NCBI GenBank assembly: GCA_035650735.1 | Contig: DASRGZ010000110.1 | Coordinates: 1-43,406, forward strand | Reading direction: 5' to 3' | Length of the DNA stretch: 43,406 bases | From: Chthonomonadaceae bacterium | Lineage (GTDB): Bacteria > Armatimonadota > Chthonomonadetes > Chthonomonadales > Chthonomonadaceae | In this document: one piece after another, positions 9,378 through 18,532 of the stretch | Layout: every line of letters starts with the position of its first letter | Numbering within the stretch: the stretch's first letter is position 1 | Made by a program: the position numbers and the translations under genes | Notes under the pieces: generated by a model | Databases searched by the model: none | What the model saw: the letters and a program-made list of their open reading frames with translations, nothing else | Told to the model about the DNA's origin: nothing

Positions 9378-10288
9378 GGCCGGAACCAGGGACGCTCGCC
9401 ATCGGAGGGGGGCGTCCCGATGTCTTTGGGGCAGCAGAAGACGACGCACTGCGCCGCTCCCGATAGGGCCAGGCTGCGCGCGCCGTTGGTGACGAAGGGG
9501 TCGGTGCGGTCGTCTACCGGCTGGTCGCCGTTGGCGACGATGGCGGCGGTCGTGAAGGCGCTGGGGAGCAGCCAGCGCGCGTGGCCGTCCGCAAACGTAT
9601 AGTTTCCACCTCCGTGGTGGATGGTGTCGAGATGGAAGTCGTGGTGGATCGGGCAGGGCGCGGCGGTCGGGTCGTTAAGGGCGGCGTTGTAGCTGTCGCC
9701 GTAGGCGTTGTGCAGGACGGCCTCGCCGGGATAGGGAGTGGACAGCGGCGCGCCTTCCCGCAGCCAGCCGGGATTGGCATAGGCTTCGGCCCAGACAACC
9801 AGCGTGGAGGGATAGGGAATGCTGGGGGAAGAGATGCTGCGCTGCCAGTCGCCCGGATCGCCCTGGAAGACGTAGGCGTTGGAGAGATAGCTGGTTCGTC
9901 GGTAGAAGGATTCACTCTGCCACTCCCCATCCCAGATGCGCGCGTCCTTATCGGAGGGGCATATCCAGACGCGCCACTGCTTGAGATAGGGCGCGTGGAT
10001 GTCGGGCAGCCAGCCGTTTATGTCGCTATGCACGCAGGCGTACTGCTCATCGGCATCCTGCATATAGAGCGTGGCCGCCATGCCGATCTGGCGCATGTTG
10101 GACAGGCACACGTACCCCTGAACCTGCTTGCGCGCTTCGGAAAGAACCGGGGACAGCACGGCAAGCAGAATAACCAGGATGGCGATCATCGTCAGCAGCT
10201 CGATCAGGCTGAAGCCGCGCCGTGCCGTGCGCCTGGGAGCCAGGCGGCTGCGCCCTGTGCTGAGTCCACTCCGTCTGCGAGGTAACAT
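9374..10288 (-). CDS. Prepilin-type N-terminal cleavage domain protein with H-X9-DG motif (DUF1559-like)
   Basis: RGFSLIELL, CLSNMRQIG, CPSD and HHGGGNYTFADGHA motifs; AAGGAGG upstream of ATG 10288. The track ORF starts at 10330. Confidence 0.9.
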   Translation of the reverse strand: MLPRRRSGLSTGRSRLAPRRTARRGFSLIELLTMIAILVILLAVLSPVLSEARKQVQGYVCLSNMRQIGMAATLYMQDADEQYACVHSDINGWLPDIHAPYLKQWRVWICPSDKDARIWDGEWQSESFYRRTSYLSNAYVFQGDPGDWQRSISSPSIPYPSTLVVWAEAYANPGWLREGAPLSTPYPGEAVLHNAYGDSYNAALNDPTAAPCPIHHDFHLDTIHHGGGNYTFADGHARWLLPSAFTTAAIVANGDQPVDDRTDPFVTNGARSLALSGAAQCVVFCCPKDIGTPPSDGERPWFRP

Positions 10289-10727
10289 TCTGGAACGGCC
10301 TCCTTTTCTGATCGCCTCCTGCTTCCACAAACGCTTCTCCCCTGTCTGGCACTGCTGCCTTATATAAACCTACGCGCAAACGAGGAAAAGTTCCATCACT
10401 TCCGACAGAGAAAATTTGGCCCGGCAACATTAACGGCCTATAGTCTATTTTCGGTAAGAGCGCCCTCTCCGGCAGAGGGAATGGCCGCCTCTTTTCGTTT
10501 GCCTTGCCGTTTTTCACACGGGCAGAAGAGGGAAGACGGAGCGCACGAGCGGAAGCGAAGCCCCTTTTTGCTGAGGAAACGCCTGGGGAGCGCCGATCTC
10601 CGAGCCGCACGGAAGCGAAGGGAAACGCTGCGGCGGGCGTTCTGGAAAGAACGAGGCTGCGCTTCCATCGGCGTTGCCGTTGTAGGTATAATGAGCAGGG
10701 GCGGCGGCCCCGGTTCAGGAGGGTTTC

Positions 10728-11831
10728 ATGAAAGTCGGTATTATCGGTTTGCCGCAGACCGGCAAGACCACGCTCTATAACGCCCTGACCCGCTCGCAGG
10801 TGGACATTCATCACTTCGGCGCGGGCGAGGTGCATGTGGGCGTCATTCCCGTTCCCGATCCGCGCTTTGACTACGCCGTCAGCGTCTGTAAGCCCAAGAA
10901 GGCGACGCCCGCCAGCATTGAGTTTACGGAGGGAGGCGCGCGCATCGAGCGCGCGGAACGTCACGGCCAGGGCGACAAGTTCGGCACGGACTTTTTCGCC
11001 AGCGTGCGCACGATGGATGCGCTGGTGTTGGTCGTGCGGGCTTTCGAGGACCCGACTGTACCCGCGCCGCCGGAGGGCATCAACCCGGTGCGTGAGGCCG
11101 AGCGCATTCTAGAGGAGCTGCTGCTGGCCGACCTGACGGTGATTGAGGCGCGGCTGGAACGCCTGCAAAAAGCCCGCCTGTTAAAGCGGGAAACGCCCGC
11201 CGAAGCCGCCGAGCATCAGGTTTTGGAGAAGCTCAAGAAGGCGTTGGAGGCGCTCCAGCCCGTGCGCTCTGTGGAGTTGACCGAGGATGAGAAGCGTTCC
11301 ATTCGCAGCTTCGCGTTTGTCTCCGGCAAGCCGCTGATCCTCGTCGCCAATGTGGGCGAGGAGGCGATTGGCGAGGCCCTGCCCCCTTCCCTGAAGCCGC
11401 TGGCCGAGCTGGCCGCCGCGCAAGACATTTCCCTGATCCCACTGTGCGCCAAAGTGGAGATGGAGGTATCGCAGATGGCCCCGGAAGAGGAGCGGGAGTT
11501 CCTGGAAGCGATGGGCATTTCCGTGGCGGCCCGCGACCGCCTGATCCGCTCGGCCTACGCCGCGCTCGGCTTGATCAGCTTTTTTACCGTCGGCGAGGAC
11601 GAGGTGCGCGCCTGGACGATCACGCGCGGCACCCACGCGGTGGGCGCGGCGGAGAAGATCCATAGCGACCTGGCGCGCGGCTTTATTCGGGCCGAAGTCA
11701 TCCCCTTTGAGGACTTCAAGGCGGCGGGCGGCTGCTGGGACGAGGCCAAAGCGTCCGGCAAGATGCGCCTGGAGGGCAAGGAGTATATCGTCAAGGACGG
11801 CGATATTGTTCACATCCGCTTCAAAGTTTAA
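10728..11831 (+). CDS. ychF: YchF/Ola1-family ATPase, divergent
   Basis: GIIGLPQTGKTT, ANVGE, FFTVGEDEVRAW, IHSDLARGFIRAEV and EGKEYIVKDGD (TGS domain) motifs. Confidence 0.88.
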   Translation: MKVGIIGLPQTGKTTLYNALTRSQVDIHHFGAGEVHVGVIPVPDPRFDYAVSVCKPKKATPASIEFTEGGARIERAERHGQGDKFGTDFFASVRTMDALVLVVRAFEDPTVPAPPEGINPVREAERILEELLLADLTVIEARLERLQKARLLKRETPAEAAEHQVLEKLKKALEALQPVRSVELTEDEKRSIRSFAFVSGKPLILVANVGEEAIGEALPPSLKPLAELAAAQDISLIPLCAKVEMEVSQMAPEEEREFLEAMGISVAARDRLIRSAYAALGLISFFTVGEDEVRAWTITRGTHAVGAAEKIHSDLARGFIRAEVIPFEDFKAAGGCWDEAKASGKMRLEGKEYIVKDGDIVHIRFKV

Positions 11832-11850
11832 AGTTCCTAACCGCACCCCG

Positions 11851-11950
11851 TATCGTCCTTTCTTTCGAGAGGAACAAGGCCTGCGGCTCTGAACACCATG
11901 AGCAAACTGTCAGTGTTGTCCTATCGCCCTCTCTTTCGAGAGAAACAAGG
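11851..11950. repeat. Two 29-bp direct repeats with a 42-bp spacer
   Basis: TATCGTCCTTTCTTTCGAGAGGAACAAGG (11851-11879) and TATCGCCCTCTCTTTCGAGAGAAACAAGG (11922-11950), 26/29 identical. Confidence 0.8.
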
Positions 11951-12190
11951 GAGAATCTTACCGCGCTCTTCGTTTTTGTGTAGGAACTGGCCAGGGGCGC
12001 GAATAATGATGCAACAACGGGCGATTTGCAGTTTCATAGGAAGTGCACCTCGGCGCACCTCTTCCCCGTTCCCCCCTCTGCTAATGTCAGGGAAAACCGG
12101 AATGTTCACGGCTCATGCAGCGGTTCGCCCGATGGGGAAACGTCGGCTCCCTCCGCGCCGGGTGTAATCGTACACTCAGGAGACGTTACG

Positions 12191-13039
12191 ATGCTAGAGA
12201 TGTCGGATCGTGAGAAGTATCTGTATGACATCCAGGGCTACCTGGTGGTCAAGAACTTTCTGACTCCGGAGGAGGTGGATCGCCTCAACGCCGCCTTCGA
12301 CGCCAATCGGGACAAGATGACCGAGGATACCAACTCCAACATCGGCAACTCCACCACCCTCAAGGGACACAAGCGCGGCCTGTTCACCGGCATGTTGGAG
12401 TGGGAGCATCCCTGGTGCGATCCGTTCCGGGAGTTGCTGATCCATCCGAAAGCCATCCCGTACCTGAATACGCTGCATGGGCGCGGCTGGCGCATGGATC
12501 ACTCTCCCTTCGCGCTCTTCTCCACCAAAGGCGCGGAGGGCTTGATCCTGCACGGGCCGGGACACAACTACTTTGGGCTGGCCGCCTATCACTATAAGAA
12601 CGGCAAGATGCGCACGGGTATGGTCGTTTTCCAATATCAACTGGCAGACGTGAACGAGGGCGATGGCGGCTTCTGCTGCATCCCCGGCAGCCACAAGGCC
12701 AACTATCCCTGCCCGCGCGACATCATTGAGTGGGAAAGCAATCAGGACCTGGTCTACAACGTCCCCTGCAAGAAGGGCGACCTGCTGATCTTCGACGAGG
12801 CGACCACCCACGGCACCCTTCCCTGGCGCGCCGACCACGAGCGGCGTTCCCTCCTCTATCGCTACTCGCCGCACTACCTGCACTACGCTGGCGGCTACCA
12901 CAAGACCAGCTTCCCGGAGTGGGTTAACGAGCTAACGGAGGCGCAGCGGGCCGTGCTGGAGCCGCCCTATCACTACAACCGCCCGCTCATCGAGGATGAC
13001 TGCGTGACCGTTATCCGCCCGCGAGACGCCGGGTCCTAA
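12191..13039 (+). CDS. Phytanoyl-CoA dioxygenase (PhyH)-family Fe(II)/2OG enzyme
   Basis: YDIQGYLVV, GGFCCIPGSHK, GDLLIF...HG...RR motifs; AGGAGA upstream of ATG 12191. The track ORF starts at 12026. Confidence 0.88.
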   Translation: MLEMSDREKYLYDIQGYLVVKNFLTPEEVDRLNAAFDANRDKMTEDTNSNIGNSTTLKGHKRGLFTGMLEWEHPWCDPFRELLIHPKAIPYLNTLHGRGWRMDHSPFALFSTKGAEGLILHGPGHNYFGLAAYHYKNGKMRTGMVVFQYQLADVNEGDGGFCCIPGSHKANYPCPRDIIEWESNQDLVYNVPCKKGDLLIFDEATTHGTLPWRADHERRSLLYRYSPHYLHYAGGYHKTSFPEWVNELTEAQRAVLEPPYHYNRPLIEDDCVTVIRPRDAGS

Positions 13040-13043
13040 ATTT

Positions 13044-13180
13044 AAGCCCCTGGCCCGGCAGGCTAAACCCTGCCGCTGTGGGGCCTACGGCCCGCTGCCT
13101 GCCTGCGCAGGCAGGGAGAGGGGGGACGGGGAAGCCGGGTCCCCCCTTCCCTCGCAGGGAAGGGGGCCGGGGGGTTAGGT
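13044..13180. repeat. Cluster of GC-rich palindromes between convergent genes (includes a family 1 variant)
   Basis: CCTGCCTGCGCAGGCAGG and CCCCCTTCCCTCGCAGGGAAGGGGGCCGGGGGGTTAGGT; reverse relative at 15069-15105. Confidence 0.65.
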
Positions 13181-13214
13181 GAAATCGAAGAGGACGAGCG
13201 TTGGAAGGCAACCG

Positions 13215-14969
13215 CTAGCTCGGATCGTTGACAGGGACGGGCGGCGGCTCATACTCTGCCTTCACCTGGCCGGTCAGCACCGGGCTGATATTCTCCCACA
13301 TCGCTGCGATGAAGTGCATAAGCTGCTGGCGCTTCTCCTCATCGGTGCCCGCCGCGCTCTGCGTGAAGCGCAGGAAGTAGGACGGCTTGCCCGCATCGCC
13401 GAAAAACGTCTGCCAGACCAGGCTCTTGTGCACCTGCTCCGTTCGCTGAAGGGCTTTGCCTTCCACGACGTAGCAGAACATCATCTCGAACTCATCCTGG
13501 CTGCCGTTGCGCTTGAAGCGGGTCTCCAGTACTTGCAGTGGGCCGCGCGCTGTCGGGATCGTGACAACGCCGACATCTTGCAATTGCGCGTCACTGCCGA
13601 GGGAGCAGTTATGCGGGTCGTGGAAGGTCCAGCGCGCGTTGCCCGCCGTCATGAAGAACCCCAGGTGCGAGCCGTCCGTGCCGTCGTATTCGCGATTGAT
13701 GATCCGGCGGGGATTAAGCTGATCCTGAATGAACTTAGTCAGCTTGTCCACGAGCGGGCCGGATTGCGCCTTCCAGGTGATTCCGTTGGCGGCGAGCTGC
13801 ATTGGGACCTGGCGCGTGGAGATAGGCGGCTCCGGCTCCGCCGCTAACCGGACGCGGGCAGAGGCCGCCAGGGTTCCGGCCAGCGCCAGATCGATGGCGA
13901 CAATATAAGGCAGGATGCGCCGTAGCTGGCTGCCCGTTGGACGCCAGGAGAGTATGGATTGCCACCTGGGCTGCGTCGAGCCAGGAGGCGCCTCCTGGGG
14001 TGCGGACGTCTCCGCTGCGGTCGGTTGGCTCCCGCTCTCCTCTTCCAGCTCGTCATCGAGGGGCACGCCCAGGAACCGCTCGCAGCGCAGCAGCCGCGCG
14101 AAATTGAAGAGGAAGAGGAACGCCAGGATCAGCACGATAAAGCCGCTCCAGTCGTGGAAGGTCTTGGCAGCGTTTGCGCTGATCAGCTCGCCGACGACGC
14201 CGATCAGGGTGATGCGCAGGGCGTTGATGAACAGGCTCAGCGGCACGGTTACCAGGAACAGCGTCCAGCGCTTCCAGGGCGCGCCCTCGACGATGTAGGC
14301 GAAGGCTGCCGAGAAGGTCAGGAGCGAAATGAGCGTCTTGAAGCCGCTGCAGGCCCCCTCGACCGCCATCTTGTAGCTATCCATCTGGATGAAGGTGCCC
14401 TCGCGGGTGGCGTGCAGGGTCATGAGGTTGAGCAGCGCGGTCGCGATCTGCGTGGACTTGAGCTGTATCGGGAAGGCGATGACGTTGATGAGCTGATCGG
14501 GAAACAGCGGGATCATCGCCACGATAAACAGCAGCGGAAATAGCAGAACGCGCGTTTTGGAAGGACCAGCCAGCAGCAGCGCGCCGCCCAGGAGCAGCAG
14601 GACGAAGGTAAGCGACTTAACGACGGTGACGTCAGCTTTCTTGGCTAGCAGCAGCAACGCCATCGCCGGAATCAGCAGCGCCAGGCCCGCCCAGGAGGGT
14701 TTCCAGGGCGCCTCCGCCAGCCGGTCCCGATGACGATAGACCATAATGCCGACAAAGAAGGGCACAAAGGCGGCGTGCGCATAGAAGCTGCCCGGCTCTG
14801 TCCACAGCCCCCACCAGGAGTGAAACATCTCCTGGTAGAGCGCCCAGATGAGCGCCAGAGCGGTGAGGAAGGGCAGGCCGTACCAGAGGAACCTGTTTCT
14901 GGGCCCTGCGTTTTTCATCTTCTGCTTTGCTCCATCTCCGACCGCATCCGTGCTATCACTACTGAGCAC
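13215..14969 (-). CDS. Exosortase fused to an EpsI-like domain
   Basis: Multi-TM protein with GACSG (Cys), NALRI (Arg) and FHDWSG (His); C-terminal INREY...FHDPHNCSLGS EpsI signature. The start could be 14918. Confidence 0.9.
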   Translation of the reverse strand: MLSSDSTDAVGDGAKQKMKNAGPRNRFLWYGLPFLTALALIWALYQEMFHSWWGLWTEPGSFYAHAAFVPFFVGIMVYRHRDRLAEAPWKPSWAGLALLIPAMALLLLAKKADVTVVKSLTFVLLLLGGALLLAGPSKTRVLLFPLLFIVAMIPLFPDQLINVIAFPIQLKSTQIATALLNLMTLHATREGTFIQMDSYKMAVEGACSGFKTLISLLTFSAAFAYIVEGAPWKRWTLFLVTVPLSLFINALRITLIGVVGELISANAAKTFHDWSGFIVLILAFLFLFNFARLLRCERFLGVPLDDELEEESGSQPTAAETSAPQEAPPGSTQPRWQSILSWRPTGSQLRRILPYIVAIDLALAGTLAASARVRLAAEPEPPISTRQVPMQLAANGITWKAQSGPLVDKLTKFIQDQLNPRRIINREYDGTDGSHLGFFMTAGNARWTFHDPHNCSLGSDAQLQDVGVVTIPTARGPLQVLETRFKRNGSQDEFEMMFCYVVEGKALQRTEQVHKSLVWQTFFGDAGKPSYFLRFTQSAAGTDEEKRQQLMHFIAAMWENISPVLTGQVKAEYEPPPVPVNDPS

Positions 14970-15068
14970 ACAGGGGTCGTCTTCGCCCCTGCATTTTCCA
15001 TCCTGGTTACTTCAGATTAATCCCAGTATCCGGTACGCGGGAGGCCGCATGCTGACTTCTCCCGGTTT

Positions 15069-15131
15069 ACCTAACCCCCCGGCCCCCTTCCTCACAGGGA
15101 AGGGGGTGAGGGCGATAGGGCCAGGGTGAGG
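15069..15131. repeat. Palindromic repeat, family 1 variant
   Basis: ACCTAACCCCCCGGCCCCCTTCC..GGAAGGGGG. Confidence 0.65.
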
Positions 15132-15156
15132 TTCATAGAAACGGAGACGGAGTCCC

Positions 15157-16110
15157 TTACCGGACCGCTCCGGCTGCCGAGGCCGTCTGCATGCGATCCG
15201 GGAAGAACAGGGCTTCCACGATCTTGCGGTCGTTGGGATCCTCGCACTCAAACTTGGTATCGGCCCAGAGCTTGGCAAGATACTCCTGCCAGGGCTTGGC
15301 GCTGCGCGCCGCTACCGCCAGGCTGATCCGCTCCTTCGTCTTGGGATCGTTGAGGTCGGCCTTGTGTCCAGGTATAAACTTCAGTACGCGCACGACCAGG
15401 GCCTTGGCCCCAATGCGCTGCCAACTGGCATCAGCAGGAATGATCTTGACCTGATTGGGCTTCATGCTGAAGATGACCTGGTTCTGCTTGGTGCCGTAGG
15501 CTTGCGTGATGGTCAGCTTATAGTCATTGCCCAGGAAGGCGGCCGCTTTCGGCATCTGGCGCATGATGACCGGCGGGTCCACCGGCTTTTCCAGCAGCTC
15601 CTTGATGTCGGTGGCGCGCGACGGATCGAGGATGGCGGCAAACTGCGTGACGGCCTTGTTGGGCGTGTCGTAGCGCTCAGGATGCGCCCTGTACTCTTCC
15701 TGGATCTGTTCCGGCCGGACCTCAATGCCCTTGGTCAGCAGGCGGACCTGGGCCAGGGCGCGCTGCTGGTTGTTCTTGGCCTCGTCCAGCATCCAGGGCT
15801 TCATCTGGATCTCGCGAGCAAACTGCCAGTTGGTCTCTTTCTGCTCGTTGATGGCCTCCTCAACCTCTTTCGCGTCGGGCCAGACGCCCTGCTTCTTGGC
15901 CTCCTGCTCGATCAGCATATTCTGCACGAACTTGGCTTTAATGCTCGGGCCGACCAGCACCTCCAGATAGTTATCCAGGTCGCGCTTGGAGACGCCCTGC
16001 CCATTCACCGAGAAGATAGGCCGCTTGCCGCTCCACTTCATATACATGACGAAGTTGCCAAAGAGCGACACGATCAGCGCAACGACGATCAAAACTCTGA
16101 GAAAACGCAT
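15157..16110 (-). CDS. Membrane-anchored SurA/PrsA/EpsD-like foldase
   Basis: N-terminal TM, SVNGQGVS, LIEQEAKKQGV and IQEEY motifs; the parvulin core looks degenerate. Confidence 0.7.
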   Translation of the reverse strand: MRFLRVLIVVALIVSLFGNFVMYMKWSGKRPIFSVNGQGVSKRDLDNYLEVLVGPSIKAKFVQNMLIEQEAKKQGVWPDAKEVEEAINEQKETNWQFAREIQMKPWMLDEAKNNQQRALAQVRLLTKGIEVRPEQIQEEYRAHPERYDTPNKAVTQFAAILDPSRATDIKELLEKPVDPPVIMRQMPKAAAFLGNDYKLTITQAYGTKQNQVIFSMKPNQVKIIPADASWQRIGAKALVVRVLKFIPGHKADLNDPKTKERISLAVAARSAKPWQEYLAKLWADTKFECEDPNDRKIVEALFFPDRMQTASAAGAVR

Positions 16111-16202
16111 AACGACTTTCCTCTCCTCTCCTGGCCCGCTTCCTTGCCCGTGCCAGGCATAGGAACGACTGCCAACACACGCGGCCTCTCCGAGCCGGGT
16201 CT

Positions 16203-17303
16203 CTAGGCTCCGAGGGCGGCGCAGGGTTGCCGTTGGGCATATAAGGTATGCAGGATACAGGCTATTCGCTCGACCCAGTGGTCGAGTGTCATGGCCGCTT
16301 CCAGATCTCGGCGTGCCTGTGCGCCGAGCCTTGCTGCCTCTTCGGGGTTTTCCAGCAGGCGGACGATGGCGGCGCGCAGGGCCGGGGCATCTCCGGGCGG
16401 CACATAGAGACCGTTGACGCCGTCCCGGATGGTATCCACCTGGCCGGTGGTGCGGGAGGTGACGACGGCTTTGCCCATCGCCATAGCCTCCAGGATCGTG
16501 GTGATGCCCGCCTGAAAATCGTTCTCATAGAGCGGCACGACCACAAGGCGCGAATCGGCGTAGAGTTGGCGCAGCTCGCCATACTCATAACGCCGCGCGG
16601 AGACATTGGGCGGCAGGACCCGGTTCTCCGTTTCGTTGCGATGCTTGCTCCAGGGGCTGGCCGCGCCGAGCCGAACCTCGACGTCCAGGCCCCGGACCGC
16701 ATCTATCAGGGTGGGATAGTCCCGCCACTCCAGGCCCGCGCTGCAGATCAGGCGCGCGGGCGCGTCGGGAGCGGGAGGCAGCGGACGGTAGAAACGGTGG
16801 TCCGCATGGAAGGGTATGTGATGCAGTTTCGTTATCGGGATCCCCAATTCCTGCCGTGCATAAGCCCGCTGCGTGGAGGCATAAAGAAAAATGGCGTCCA
16901 TCTGCGGATGCAGGGCGCGCAGGAAGGGCTTTTTCTTGCGCGGCGAGAGCCGATGCCCGATCAGGGCGTGAATCGGGCGGACGCGGTGCCGCTTGAGCAG
17001 GAAGCTCAGGGGGATGCCGACGTTTTCGCCATTGGAGAAGAGAATATCGTACTGATGACGGCGCAAGTAGCCCAGAGCAGCCAGGGCCGTATCGCGCCCA
17101 GCGCGGCGCATGAGCCGCACCAGCGCTGGGTTCCCCTCCGCTTCCAGTGCGCTGTAGTCGAGGATATCCGCGCCCAACGCAGCCTGAAGGGCATAGTAGT
17201 CCATGGTCGGGTGCGTATCCGCACGCACCGCCGGCTCTATGCCCCACTTTATTACGCTGGGAATAAGCAGCAGGACTCTGAATTTTGACGCTACCAGTGT
17301 CAC
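16203..17303 (-). CDS. Glycosyltransferase family 4
   Basis: RDYPTL and GITTILEAMAMGKAVV motifs. Confidence 0.9.
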   Translation of the reverse strand: MTLVASKFRVLLLIPSVIKWGIEPAVRADTHPTMDYYALQAALGADILDYSALEAEGNPALVRLMRRAGRDTALAALGYLRRHQYDILFSNGENVGIPLSFLLKRHRVRPIHALIGHRLSPRKKKPFLRALHPQMDAIFLYASTQRAYARQELGIPITKLHHIPFHADHRFYRPLPPAPDAPARLICSAGLEWRDYPTLIDAVRGLDVEVRLGAASPWSKHRNETENRVLPPNVSARRYEYGELRQLYADSRLVVVPLYENDFQAGITTILEAMAMGKAVVTSRTTGQVDTIRDGVNGLYVPPGDAPALRAAIVRLLENPEEAARLGAQARRDLEAAMTLDHWVERIACILHTLYAQRQPCAALGA

Positions 17304-17361
17304 AAGTATGTTACTTCTACCGCCGGATAAGAGGCCGATGCGTCAGGGCTGGAGGCATTGC

Positions 17362-18525
17362 CTACCGACAGCCCGGAACTCTTTTCCGCATGGCTCCATT
17401 GACTTGCTGAGTTGCGCACGCCCTCATTAATGCAAGAAGCGTGCCATAATTGTGTTGCGCGTCAAAGCGCTCTTCGGCCAGCCGACGGCTGGCGGCAGCC
17501 ATCGCGCGTCTGCGAGCGGGGTCGCCTGCCAGAGCGCGCACTGCCTCCGCAACCGCGCCAGCATCGTGAGGCGGCACGATCAGGCCGTTGACGCCGTCTT
17601 CGACTTCCTCGCGCAACGCGCCCACGTCCGTGGCGATGACCGGCAGGCCCGCCGCCATCGCCTCCATCACGGCAATCGGCAGGCAGTCGCCCCGTGTCGG
17701 AAAAACGAAGAGGTCGGCCTCGGCGTAGAGCCGCCGGAGCGGCTCGCTGTTGGCGGTCAGGCCGCAGTGGACGCGCACGCCCTCCATCCCGGCCAGATCC
17801 CGCGCCACGCCCTCCTCTTTGGTGACGATATCCAGCGTGCAGTTGGGATACAGGCCAGCGCGGAACGCCTCGACGAGCGTATCGCCGCCTTTGCGCGCAA
17901 AGTCCCCGCCGACAAACAGCAGGCGCACCGGCCCGCCAGCCTCGGCGCCTCCAGTCTTCCCACACGCGGCCTTCTCCCGCCCGAAGCTCCACCGCGCCAT
18001 GTCCACGCCCGGCGGAACGACGGTCACTTTTTCCGGGGCCACCTCATAATCGGAAACAAGCGAATCTTTGGCCCACCGGCACCAGGTTACCAGCGCCGTC
18101 GCGGCATGAAACGTCTGCCTGTTCCAGAGGTATTTACGGCGTGCAAGCCAGCCTTCGTTTCCAGTATTATGGCCGTATTCGGCGCCAACTGCATCGTAAT
18201 TAAGCGGGGTTGCATCCAGAGAGACGATGCTGGGCACCCGCCGCATGGCCGGAACGGCGAAGAGCGCCACGGTCTGCGTGTGCAGAAAGAGCGCATCCAA
18301 CGGGTGAGCGTGCAGGGCGGCGCGCAGGGCGGCGCGGGCGCGGAGGCTGGCCTTGAGCGACCAGTTGCTGCGCACAACCGGCACGCGCTCCCAGACGTCG
18401 GCGGCCTGATACTCTATCGGCATCCAGACCGGGCAGATATCGGCCTCCTCTGCCACCCAGCGCGCCAGGTTCTGATGGTGCGTGACGTGTCCGAGGGTCT
18501 GTTCCATCACGAAGCCAAAATGCAT
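17362..18525 (-). CDS. Glycosyltransferase family 4
   Basis: FVGGDFARKGG and DCLPIAVMEAMAAGLPV motifs; start MHFGFVMEQ at 18525 after GAGGGG. Confidence 0.92.
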   Translation of the reverse strand: MHFGFVMEQTLGHVTHHQNLARWVAEEADICPVWMPIEYQAADVWERVPVVRSNWSLKASLRARAALRAALHAHPLDALFLHTQTVALFAVPAMRRVPSIVSLDATPLNYDAVGAEYGHNTGNEGWLARRKYLWNRQTFHAATALVTWCRWAKDSLVSDYEVAPEKVTVVPPGVDMARWSFGREKAACGKTGGAEAGGPVRLLFVGGDFARKGGDTLVEAFRAGLYPNCTLDIVTKEEGVARDLAGMEGVRVHCGLTANSEPLRRLYAEADLFVFPTRGDCLPIAVMEAMAAGLPVIATDVGALREEVEDGVNGLIVPPHDAGAVAEAVRALAGDPARRRAMAAASRRLAEERFDAQHNYGTLLALMRACATQQVNGAMRKRVPGCR

Positions 18526-18532
18526 CGGCCCC

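Noticed and set aside
10047..10964. 305-aa minus-strand ORF and 10481-10780 ORF
   Set aside because: They overlap well-supported genes, have Arg/Pro-rich shadow-frame composition and show no motifs.
11851..11950. CRISPR array or c-di-GMP riboswitch
   Set aside because: Only two non-identical repeats and no cas genes; the GGCAAA and GCAAAGC elements of c-di-GMP-I are absent.
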